Shown here: piece by piece, positions 1 to 44,700 of the stretch
Numbering within the stretch: the stretch's first letter is position 1
Layout: each line of letters begins with the position of its first letter
Source: Bugula neritina
Taxonomy: Eukaryota; Animalia; Bryozoa
Reading direction: 5' to 3'
Assembly (NCBI GenBank): GCA_964035545.1
Contig: OZ037767.1
Coordinates: 23,576,628 to 23,640,627 of the forward strand
Length of the DNA stretch: 64,000 nucleotides
Notes under the pieces: model-generated
What the model saw: the letters and a program-made list of their open reading frames with translations, nothing else
Told to the model about the DNA's origin: nothing
Databases searched by the model: none
Made by a program: the position numbers and the translations under genes

Positions 1-2660
1 AGAATAAAAACAGTCAGGTGTTTTAGTAAGTCTTGTCAGCTATAATCGCATATATTGTTGTGTAACATTAGGCTGTAAATACATTGTATAAGGATATTTG
101 TGACTGCTGGCATTAGTATCAAAAAGGTGGAGAGGTCAGGCTTACACACAAATTTGTTGTAACGATCTATAAAGTTGTGTGATGTAGTAGAACATAATAC
201 TATATAGTGTAATAAGATGTGATATAACATGATGTAATAACATATATTATAATATGATGCAGTATAATGTAAGAAGATATATTATAATATAGTAAGATAT
301 AGTATTATGTAATAATAGATATAGTATTACATAATAAATTTGGTATAATATAGTATGGCCTTGCATGTTTAATTTTAAAGCAGCATGATACAATGTAATA
401 TATATGTTATGACCTTGACATAATTTACTAATATAAAAACATCCCATCTAGTCCTGGAAAGTATAGATGCATACAAGATGTTAATATCAACCTTGCATGT
501 AAAAAAGTGATATTTGTCATCAACACAGCTTAGCGTTACCTGTAGGTATGCTTTAAATATTATACTGGATTTCTACTGGTGTTGGCAATCATTCTATTAG
601 CCAATTAGCTGATCTTTGTGTAATATCTTTATAAGATTGAGAAGGCAAAAAACTCAGTATTGATCTTTCAGTGATTTGCTGTTATTGAAAATATGAAATT
701 GGTATAATTTGTTTAAAACTAGTATCAAATGGGGTATCTTTAGTGCTCTAAATGAAAAATATATATTTATATATACACACAATATTAAGTTTGTAGTATT
801 TTATTCAGACTTTTTCTATTAGAATAATATTTTGACAAAATAAGTTAGTTTGAAGTTCTGCTTATTCTGCATGATTTACCTTCTTTCTAGTAAATCTGCT
901 GCAACAAATGAAATCACTGGGGCAATAAGTTTTTCCTTCCTTGTTACTTGTTTGATTAACAAATCATTTAATCTCTCCTAATACTATTCAATGCAAGCAT
1001 TGTTATTTAGCTACTAACTATAGGCCCCTATTATTCATCTTCGTTTCACAAATATTACAAGTGCAAAAATGTGAAAATTCAACTTGCTGCTTTGAGCACA
1101 CGTGTACTGTATTTCATTTCATCTGTAGTAACAAACAGAAACATGATTGGGGGTTAAAGGTTACACCAATTCACTAACAATAGCATCAATAATTATGTTG
1201 AACGCTGCAATATGACAGTAATCAACTGTGTACAAGTGATATTGAAGCCTTAAGTAGGGCAGTGGCAATCAACCTCATTCAACCAGTGAATCTAACACAT
1301 GCAGAAAGAGACAGTGGCAATGATGCTGAACCTTCCTGAAACATTGCAACTGTATGCATCAGCCATATATTGCTTCCACTTAGCTGCTGGTTTCACTGGT
1401 CCCACAGTTGAACATCTTTAGATACTCCCCCCCCTCTCCTTAGCCACAGTGTATTAGAAAGTCTCATCACCAACGACATGAGTACTAAACTTAATAACTT
1501 ATTGGTACGTATCTTCATATAATGGTAAAGATATCAAGAGTGATGAAATACTAGATATTGGCTAAGGGATGAGTAAAAGTAGATTTCCACACATGCATTT
1601 GGACAAGTCTGCATGTACTTGTAGTGGACAACCTGAATGCCAGTGACAAAACCAGGCAAGTTGATGACTTTCAGCAGAAAAGTGAATTAGTCAATACTGA
1701 TGAGATTTTCGCCTGATTTGAGAGGGAGAGGAGAGAAATAAATTTAGTATAACTGTTTGTAAATAAATATACTCCAGAAACTCTATTTGTTAGACTCCGA
1801 AATTGGTCCTATTTAAAATCTAAATTCGTTTTAGAGTTGTAGCCCAAAATACACCATATTTTATGTAGCCTGCATTCCACTATGTTTTTATGACATGACA
1901 ATTTACCTGTTGCATTGCAATATCTACATCTTAAATTTGATCTCTGATTACAATAAGAAAGTTAAGAAAGCATATCTAACACAGATCAGTGGTTGTTTCC
2001 GCTAACCTAATCTTTGATTACTGACTACTTTATAATTGTTTATCAACATAATGCAACCATAGACAACTGCAGTGATATCCAGCTTCAATATTTTTTTTCA
2101 TAATAAGGCAAGTGAAGGTTGTAAACACATGACATTTCCAACAAAAACTAACTATGCCAATCATAATGTTGAGCAACAGATTGCTATTGTGACATGATGA
2201 GATGCAATGTGTCAAGTAAATAAAAGTTGTATAATCATTATTTATCAAAATGGTTGCTGCATTTTTTTATAATCATGAACATTACTATTGACATTTTTTA
2301 CATTTATCATATAATTTAATATAATAATTCAGTTTAATATATTGAATAATAATCCTGTACTAATTATTGGCTATATTGGTGATAAGATGGCATAATAATA
2401 TGATAATAATAATTATGATGATTAAGTCTATAATCCTTGAAGCGCTGCAAAGGCAGTGAAAGTTTGTGCAGCAGTTCAAATGTTTTAATGCATGGAAAAC
2501 TTGGGTAGCTTTCAAATTTTAGATTGCTCATAATTGTATATATCAATTTGATTTACTTCAAAACAGAAAAAAATATGTTTTTGTGTGGGTGTGATACCAG
2601 ATCAGTTTTCATTGTTCTTGGTGTTTTGTAGTTGCTGTGTATCTACATTCTATCTGGACA

Positions 2661-14501
<11,841 letters not shown>

Positions 14502-14939
14502 TGAAAGTTTGTTTATTACCAGCAATATAGTTTTTTGTGCAACCAACAATCACAATCTTACTAATTATTGCGTTTTTAATTTTTTTTGTTTATAGTATCT
14601 TTGAAAAGTTATAGATAATTATCATTTTACTTGTTTACAATCTTTGTTCATAGTTGCACTTGTACATACATTTGTTTCAATTATGGTGTATTTTTCATAG
14701 CAGCTTTATTATATGACTTATTTTATTACTTTTTTTATTTAGATAATATGTATTTCATTTACTGAATAGTGATCAAAATTGCAAAAAATATAAAAGTGAG
14801 AGTTTTTCAAATTTCTTAACTGGTAGAGCATAAAATAAAAGAACAGCTGAGAATCAATGAGCAACAGGTGCAAAAACGCAAATATGAAAGTTATGTAATA
14901 GAATAATATATGCTTACATATAATTGCAAATGGGACTGT

Positions 14940-15080
14940 CAAAATATAGTATTATAATTGCACATATGGCTGCCACATGATATAATAGTATAATTGCAAA
15001 CATGACTGCCCTCACTATATAGTAATATAATTGCAAATTATGTGACTGTCATAACCATATAGTAATATAATTGTAAATAT
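14940..15080 (+). repeat. Degenerate ~37-nt tandem repeat (ATATAGTAATATAATTGCAAA core)
   Basis: Four imperfect copies between the stop codons of genes A and B. Confidence 0.7.
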
Positions 15081-15260
15081 TCTTGACATGTAAAGTAGTG
15101 AGCTGCCACTTATTGCTCACTTACCCTTGCATATAAAATAAGTAATTAATGAGGTATTTATATTGGTTTTAAAAATTGTAAGAATAATAGCACTTATTAC
15201 ATAATAATAGCACATATTATACTCGAGAGTTAATTTGTTGGAGGCAGCAAAGTGTATCTT

Positions 15261-35246
<19,986 letters not shown>

Positions 35247-35757
35247 GGTAACTTCCTGGCTACAATCCGTCTGTAAAACACAATCTAACAGTTTAAGCAT
35301 TCATTGTAGCTACCTACTTATATGTGTTCCACTGCTTTTCATTATACTGTGTTTGCATAATTGCCCACTTTATGCAGTACATGGTACACTTTATACAAAA
35401 TATTTTACACATTAAACTAGCAACATCAACAGGCTCTATATTATATTATCTTGTTTGGGGATCAACAGTTTCAATTAACTATATTATAGTCAAATAGAAC
35501 AGACTTGATAGTTTTATTCTAAATTTCTGCTAGATATTCATATAGACAACAAAACAACATGTAGTCGTTTAGTGTTATAGCACAGGATGTCAAGAACTAG
35601 AAACATTTTAGTAAGATCAATCATTATCAATTTTTCTCAAATGTGCCCATTATTTTCATATCAATATGGCTAGCTCCTAACAATTTAAAGTGCTGAAGTG
35701 CTATAGCATTGATAATCTGCCCACTTCTGCTTACTGTACCAACTTAAACAACTACTT

Positions 35758-35890
35758 ACCACCAGCTTTTTCCACCTTCTAAATTAAGCAGCTATTTATT
35801 CTACTAATCAGCTAGAACATGTGAAAGCTGAAATAAGCCTCTGTTAATACTCTGGCAGTGAAGCTTTGATGACTGCCTGCACTATACTGT
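35758..35890 (-). promoter_or_regulatory. Probable non-coding first exon / proximal promoter of gene B
   Basis: Minus strand reads GGTGGAAAAAGCTGGTG|GTAAGTAGTTGTTTAAG, a consensus donor. It is homologous to 41050-41085 upstream of gene C, and both have a GCAGGCAGTCAT block further upstream. Confidence 0.5.
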
Positions 35891-38683
35891 TGTCAACTTT
35901 GCAGAGTCTTCTGTAATATGCATAACCAGTTTCCTGAATAAATTACTCTGTGATTCAAATCATGACAAACGATTTTAAAGCTGTATAGTAGTGTTATCGC
36001 GTACTCACTGAAGCGGAAACATGCCACTGAATGATATATTGTCAGGTTTTGAAGCCTGTTCGATATAGCAGATATGCAGTAAACAAAACAAACTTCAGAG
36101 TGGAATAAAAATAGTAGGCACTGCAAGTTAAACTTTGACTCTCCTCTAAAATATACAGCGTGTGTCTATTATATGCTACGAAGTAGTAGCATAAGTGATA
36201 AGACGCACAGCACTGCACACTGCATGCATGGCATCAACAGTTTTGTGTTTGCAAACTTTAACCCAAATTAACTTTGCCTTCACTTAGTAAAGAATTAGCT
36301 CTATAAAATAAAATCTCCAGCTGCATGTTCTGGGTTTTGGTGAAAAACTTTAAATTGTGGCTGATACAACCAAAGTAATCATAACTTGCGAATAGCTCTC
36401 TATGAATGAGGTTATTAATCATATTGACCAGAGATTTGTCATGTGTACTAATAAATACTGCAAATCATATTTCAGAAGAAGTATAGTTGTAACAGATAAA
36501 ACTTTATTTTACTGACTCCATTGCAAAAATTGATATAAAAAGTCTTTAGCGAACAAACAAATAAACAATATTCATTATAATTAATCATTGTGATTACAAG
36601 GAAATTCAATTTGTAAAACTGGCCAATAGGAAAGTTGCACAATCAGTTCTGTATACAATACATTTTGAAGTTAATCTAGATTAAGATCAAGGAGGTATTA
36701 ATAAAGTTAATGCATTTACTCTCCACTGATGAGTAATTTTAACATAATGAATAACATCTTGTGTGATAAATGTCACAAGCATACAACAAGGCATAAACAA
36801 AAATAATGACAAAATGGTTGCTAAAAGGGTGGATCTCTAAATTGCTAGTATAATCAGTGATCAGCTGTTGACAAATTGAAACTCAAAGCCTGAGATAAAC
36901 TGACACAGGATTACGGGCACTTGCTAACCAACTTGATTTGCAGTTTTTCAAAGATATTAACATTTGAAAAGCAGAGCCTCAATTTTAATGCTGATGAAAT
37001 TTATATTCATTAATGGATAAATATTTTAATACTGAGTGGAGACCAAACTATATCAAAATATATATTAGATACATATATATATAATGCATACACGCAAACT
37101 ATACTATGCATGTGTATGTGTTATATACGTATGTAATATGCTGGCATGTATTGCATGAAATATATTATATGTGTACACAAAATATGTGTCATATATTGTA
37201 TGTCTATATATATACTTTTTATTTGTATATAGAATGTATATGTAGTATATTGAGTGCTATATGTAATATATTAAGTAAGAGTTTTCAAAGTTATAAGATA
37301 AGTTTCTACTGGTAGAGTATGAAAATCAACCTATTCCAGGATGAAAAGCTAAATAAAATTCTATATAAACATCAGGCTCAAAAAAGATAGTATATAATAT
37401 GAGTTCAGGGAACAATGTCGTTATAATAATTACAAATATGATTACAAACATGTAATTTTAACACATGGAATAAAAAGTTGAATGATGCACGAATCAGGGC
37501 CTTGTCTCTTGTAGATTGTGATAGATGAATGAAAGCAGCAAAATACCATTCTAACTCATCACAACCATGGTAGATGAGATCACGCATGCTTGCATACATA
37601 TTTCACCAGCATTTCCTATAAAATATACGTATGGATACTGTGATATAATTATGTTGAAATTCAACTTTTGTCTCTGTCTACATATAATATAACAAACACA
37701 AACATTCAAAAACAAACAGACATATTCTTAGCTATCTCGATCAGCTATCATCTACATATAACTGTTGGAGAACTGTGTACCCTATAAATATTTTGTTTCA
37801 TAATAATTTTTTACACATACATGTCCTGAAATAGTTTGGAACTTCTGTATGAAGTGCCAAATAGTCAAAAATGTACTCATTATTGTTTATTTATAATATG
37901 CTCAGAATAAAGTATAATGTAACCATTAATCTTCCTCAAAATTTGTGTTTACAATAAATAAGTTTTTTACATAATTATAAGATTTGCTCTCAATACTTCA
38001 TTATAAATGTTCTTAGCTCCACTATTTGGTCATGTACTGTTATTATTCATTACCAGACCCAATTACTTCACTCCCTGCTATGCTCATTATTCACTCTCAT
38101 ACCCCTATTATTTGCTATGTCATGCTCACCATTCTTCATGACTATTATCACTTCTTTTTCTCTTATTATACTTCCTCCCACACCCACATTATTAGCTGTC
38201 ATACTCTTATTCTGATGCTGCAGTATTTGTATACATGGCGAAATATTTCAGTATGTACCAGCATAATATAGTTGTATCTGACTAATAAACAAGCTAAGCC
38301 ACACCCCATTCTTTCATCAAAACTGAGAGGATAACTACAACGACACAGAGCTTAACAATAATGCAGGTGTTCAGTAAATAATTTACTCAATCATAACACC
38401 CAAGTAAGTGAGTGACCGAAACCAAAATAGTTGCAGATAACAAAACCATTTTAAAAAGTCAATAAAATGGTCTTGTGAAATTAAATCTTCCTCATGATAT
38501 ACACTTCAAGTCATTACTATGTTTACTAAAAGGTGGATAACGGAAGCACACTTTATTTTACATGGTACAAGTGTTAATGGGGCAGATCCAAGTGCAATAA
38601 ATCAATTCAATAGAAAATTGCTAAAATGGAGCCTAAGAATGTGTCTTGAGATACTTACCGCATGCTGCAGTCTGAAATAAAAC

Positions 38684-39176
<493 letters not shown>

Positions 39177-39398
39177 TAGCAAATGGGAAAGTGTTTTGTA
39201 GTGATCAATTAAGTCAGGCCATTGGCTCAATTATTGAAAACTTAAGACTCCTCTGCGAAGTTTCTAAACATTTTTTTCTATTGTTGTACTGTATTTTGAG
39301 TTATATAGTATCAATGTCATACTTTATTTAGCCGGAGTTTATGTATTATTGCAGTCGAGTTAAAGATTTCTCTCATTATTTATTTTCTTTACTTTTAG

Positions 39399-39443
39399 GT
39401 TAGGCCCACAAATCATACGCTGCCGACAGTATCCGAGCCATAA
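39399..39443 (+). pseudogene. Orphan copy of the secreted-form terminal exon (VRPTNHTLPTVSEP*)
   Basis: Same acceptor, 45-nt exon, 3' UTR, AATAAA (39722) and CA-repeat as the last exons of C and D. No upstream family exons were seen on this strand between 35800 and 39170. Confidence 0.65.
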
Positions 39444-39737
39444 AAGTGTTTTGCTGCTATGCACAACTTAGTTGTATAGCTTACTATGACTATTTGCTGT
39501 CTGTTCTTAGTAAACAGGTGTTTCTCCATGTTGAGATACAAGCTGATAACCTACCATTTATTTTACTGTGTATAATGCTCATTTGTTTGTAAGAGTTGTC
39601 CACTTTTTTCATCCTTTTATGTAAAATTATTGTACTCATTATGCATTGTTAATGTGTTTTCCTGCCATCTTTTAAATGTTTCAAGAATAATTAATATACA
39701 CGTTTTACAGTAAATAATTGTAATAAATTTTTATCCC

Positions 39738-39838
39738 CACACACATGCACACACATACGCACACGCACACGCACACGCACACTCACACGCGCACGCGCAC
39801 GCACACGCACACGCACACGCACACGCACACACACACAG
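39738..39838. repeat. (CA)n/(CACACG)n microsatellite
   Basis: Direct inspection. Confidence 0.95.
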
Positions 39839-40934
39839 CATATGTCTATACACAGAACTCATCACTCTCTCTCAAACGCTGTGAGGCATTGAAATTGTTT
39901 ATACAAGTTTTATTTGTTTTATTTATTAATGTTACTTCACTGGTAACTAATGTTTAGAAAAACAGAGTTTAAAACTTAAACTTTTACCCTTTAAAAGTTT
40001 GATGGGTTTTGGTTTTTTTTGCACTGTTCTTCTTTAATTATCCTCATACTATCAGTAGCTTACTTATACAGAAGCTAATTCTTATAACGGTTAGTCTAAT
40101 AATTTAACCGTGCAACATAGCTTCATTTTCATAGTTACTCTTGTATGTGTGAATAATATTTCTTCAAAGTTTTAAAGAATTGCAATATCTGACCTCAATA
40201 TTTGTTTGGTATTCATTCTAGAACAAGGAGCTCATTTAAGTTATAATTATTTTGACATATAGCGACACCTTTAATAAGTCATAGCAAACACAATTTGTAT
40301 AATGTAATCTTTAGCTTCATATGTGGTTTGAAAATGAACTATGAATGACTCATATTCCTGAAAGTTGGTTGCTCTGTGGTAATGTTTCCTTATTCAAAGA
40401 TGAAGCTGGAAGGTATAGTTTAGCTCAGATAGCTGTATTGATAACATTGTCACATTATTTCGAGAGTTACTACACATATAGTGTTAAACATTCAAGTGTT
40501 TTGCAAGTTTCTAACAAGTGTAGAAAAAAAGCCTTTTGGGAATTACTTTCTAGTTTGAGCTTACAGCTTAGGTTTAACAGCTTAGTTTAGAGCATATTTG
40601 CTTTGTTTTAGTTTAATTTTATTTGTATTGCATCTAAAATTAGCAAATTATGAAAGAACCATTTTGATTTTATTTTACTTCCTAGGTAAAATATAAATAG
40701 CAGCACAATTAAAGTAGGAAAAAATATTTTGCCCATGTCTCAATTTTAAATCAAAATATTTTAATCGAAAGTTTTACGAGTGTAAAAATACTCAGATATT
40801 AGCTCCTAATATCTAATGATCAAATGTTTAAAAATTCAATGCCTCGTATATTGACTTTGCAATGGCGATATACGTAAATGGCAACAAGGGCTAGTATTAT
40901 TATGTTAAACACGCCTATTTTTGCACGTTGTTAC

Positions 40935-41071
40935 CCAAACATATAACACGCATAATGCAGGCAGTCATTAAAACATACTATCACAGTACTTTACCACCAG
41001 AGCAATAATTACAAGTGTTTACTTCAGACTAGCTGCTCCATCCAAAATTGGTGGAAAAGCTAGTGGTAAGT
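40935..41071 (+). promoter_or_regulatory. Probable non-coding first exon / proximal promoter of gene C
   Basis: GGTGGAAAAGCTAGTG|GTAAGT donor at 41066; candidate acceptor tttcacag at 41677 just before the ATG exon; homologous to the region upstream of gene B. Confidence 0.5.
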
Positions 41072-41721
41072 AGTTGTTTAAGCTGGTAATATAATAAACA
41101 TATGTTTTTAGATTTTTAATTTTATATTTGTCATATGATCATGCCTATGACCATATAAGTATATGGTTTCAGTCGTAGGAGCTAGCGAATAAACAATAAT
41201 AGACATGTTTGAAAAAACTTATTTGATAATGATTGTAATGACTAAAAGGTTTCTACTTTTTGTTTTCCTGCCTACTGCTAGTTGTTCCCAGTTAAGAGTT
41301 ACCTCAGATAAAAACAGCAGACATGCATTTACAAAATGGTAACTAATGATAGCTTATAATACCAAAACCAGTTTACTTTTTATTCCTTGTGCCTTACTGA
41401 ACAAGTGTTACAGAAAGTCATGATAAAAGTATTTGCGAAAGAGGTAAGGGTGTTCCATTTCACAGGTGATTAATTTAAATTGGTGTACCATATAGTCAGG
41501 TGATAAAATTTATAACTTATAGTTGCTGGTTCAGTGTGTAAAATATACTGCATAAAATGTAAAATATGTATGCAATGTACAATGATGTACAAATAGTAAT
41601 ATAATAAAGTCAATATATAGAATACATATCATATGCAGCTACATTGAATGCTTAAACTCTTAAATTGTATTTCACAGACGTACAGTGAGGGTGATAGAAA
41701 CCTGATAGCCAAGAAGTTACC

Positions 41722-44700
41722 ATGATGCTGCCCTCTCTGCTGCTATGGTTCACATCTGGTGTGATATTATCTACCATTTCTGCCAGGTGGGTCATTGGAA
41801 AATGTATATATAGTAAGATCAATGATTGCTTATCACATCACAAGTTTATGAATTGTTTTTATTGTAATCGTAGGGAGATAACTCTTTTGTTCTTTTGGGT
41901 GTCACTTACATACAATACTGGGTAATACTAAATATCTGCTCTTTGGTGAATATCAATTACTACAAGATGACTCATAATGAGTAGTATGTTAGCTTTGACT
42001 TTGAATTGATGAGTCATAAGGAGTAATAGATTGACTTTGGGCCTGGTTCACACTTGTTTATCACCTTCAAGAGCTGGCACAGAGTTTAGGAAGTGACTAG
42101 ACAACTTAGAATTAGCAGAAAACAGACCTAACTCATGAGTCTTATAGCTGAGTTGATTTGATTGGCTTTATCAGATACTGCATTAACGATAAAAGTTTTA
42201 AAATATTGTTATTTAAACATAGGAAAAGTTGAAGAAAGTTTTTATTTGGTGCGTGATGTCGAATTTAGGCGCTAGTTCCACAGCATGAATAAGGTCCTCC
42301 TTTCTTGTGATTGATTTATTTCTTTCAATAATTAGTAATATATATGAACTGGTGCCTCCCTGATGAATTAGATTCTGTAATTAGGGCAAAGAGCAAAATA
42401 TATAAAGACATGCTGTATGCTTTTTTGATTCTATTGAAACATTTTTTAAACTTTTTAATTACTTTATTTATGCTAAAACATATCGTAAAAAACTAGCTTA
42501 ACTACAGCTCCAGTGACATGAATATATGTCTTTTTGTACTTATATAAACTTTCTTGACTATGTATTTACACTTTATTGTGCTATGCTTTGACCATGTGAT
42601 TGATCATACAATGCTGCAAGGTTAGCTTTACTCATTTATTTGTAGTCAAAATGATTCTGATTCACTAAAGACTCATGGTTTTGGGGACTCAAGTATTTCA
42701 ACAACTATAAAACCTAAAGAAGAGCTTACGGCAACTAGCAAGCCAAACTCTAATGTCCTATGTCCACATTGCTCTCTCCAACTATCGGTTGATAGCTTGG
42801 AAAAAGTCGAATACAACCTTAGTATGTTATACAGGTCAATCAACCTAATGGTTGAAGATGAATACAACGATGGGGAGTTTTATTTTGCTTCTGGAAATCA
42901 TCTCTTGAAGTACATTCAGGAAGAGCCGGTCCAGCATGTGCTTGGACCTAGCTTCGATACCGATTTTCGTCAATTTTTTTTGTCTTTGGACTTTGATGCT
43001 AGTTTTATTCCAATACCTGGAGTAGTTCAACTAACTGAGACCACATTTTTGATCAGTGACTACCGAGGCACTTGCATTTATCATTACGATGTGGTCAGAC
43101 CCTTTATAACTGATTTCATTGGAAATTGTAGTATATATAGGTCAACTACAGGACTACAACCTGGTGAAGAACTACCCGCGAATATTACCTTCTTCTATAA
43201 TCCCTTAAAAATTGTGATGATCAAATCGAAGAATTACTTAATAGTGGTTGATCAAGGGCATCACCCACTATATCGCTATAACTTTGAAAATAAGACTGTT
43301 CGCCTCCTAGGAGACGATTTTTATCGTTCACTACCTAATTGCAAAGACGTATTACCTACAAGAAATGAAAGTGCCATTTATGTTGCACACAGCTACGGTT
43401 TGTCACGGGTTGACTTGAGCACTCTTGAAGTAACATTAATAACTGGAGAGGTTTCTAGTAGTGCTAATAATGTAGATAATATTGCCTTTTCACCTGGCTC
43501 TTTTGATACTGCGGTGATTGGATACATTGAGACAATTCACTGGTTGGTACCAGATCGTTTGATGGTTACCATTGGCACTAGCAAAAATGAAGAGTTGATA
43601 TTCATTGATTTGGACGAGAAAGAAATCTATGCAACATGCATTGGTAAATTCGTTTTATTTTATTTTCGATTTCCTATTCCATTTTTATTTTTAATATGGA
43701 CAAATATTTTGTTTAGTATTAGAAGAAGCTGGAAATTAATAGCCTAAAGCAAGAGATATACGGCTGAACAGCTCTATGATATACAAGTTTAGACTGACAT
43801 TCAGTGCAAAAGCTTGCTTCAGCATGCTTACATTTTACACACATTTTAAAACAGATTATTAGTGTTTTGATTTTTGTTTTTTGACACAACAACTTTGTTC
43901 AGGTTCTGAAGCGAGAAACCAGACGGTAACTGGACCTCCTGGAGAGTGTGAGTTGAATGCTCCAACCTCTCTAATGGTGACTAGAGACAGAGAGATATAT
44001 GTTGCAGGGTTGACTAACATGAACTACATGGACTACAAATCCAATACTTCAGTCTCAATTTTTCATATGAAAACTTATGGTAATTAGATATTTTTATAAA
44101 AAAAATGAATTATAGATATTTTCACTTTGAGAATAACCATTTTTTGTGGCACAATTTATTTTTTAATGTTTTAATTATCTCTTTTAGTTATGTATTGTAT
44201 TAATTTGCTTCTTAATGCTACCTGATGATTGTTTTAAATTTTAGTGAGCCAGTGTGAATTCAAAGCTCCAACAGGATTTGAAATGATCAACAAACCATAT
44301 ATGCATTACTATCAGTTTGACATTATAGTCCTAAGCTGTCCTACAGGAATGGCCTTGAACTCAAGTACAGACACTCTGCAATGCTTAGAAAACTCAACGT
44401 GGAGCCAATCTTCACCACATTGTGTTAACGTCAGCAACAGCTTTTTTGTCATCAAATTATAAATACTTTCTAAAATTTTCTATTTCCACTATTCTGTTAT
44501 TAGCAACAACCACTGTTAAACTTTTTATACAAAAGTTTCATATTCATTAATTTGCATCAGGTGACATCTCAGTCGGGCATCCACAACTTGTCCCCTACAT
44601 TTGGCCAGCTATCTGGAGGAACTCTGGTTACTGCTGTTGGTCTTATACCAAATACTGGTGTAGAAGTGTATGTGAACAGTTCAGATGGAGTTATCTCCCC

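Noticed and set aside
1100-1720. Relatively GC-richer, coding-looking stretch upstream of gene A
   Set aside because: Interrupted by stops in the frames examined and no recognisable motif; could be an old relic but cannot be supported.
37405-37615. Exon-like 64-aa ORF on the minus strand with an upstream acceptor
   Set aside because: In-frame stop just after the acceptor, no similarity to the RTK family and no recognisable domain.
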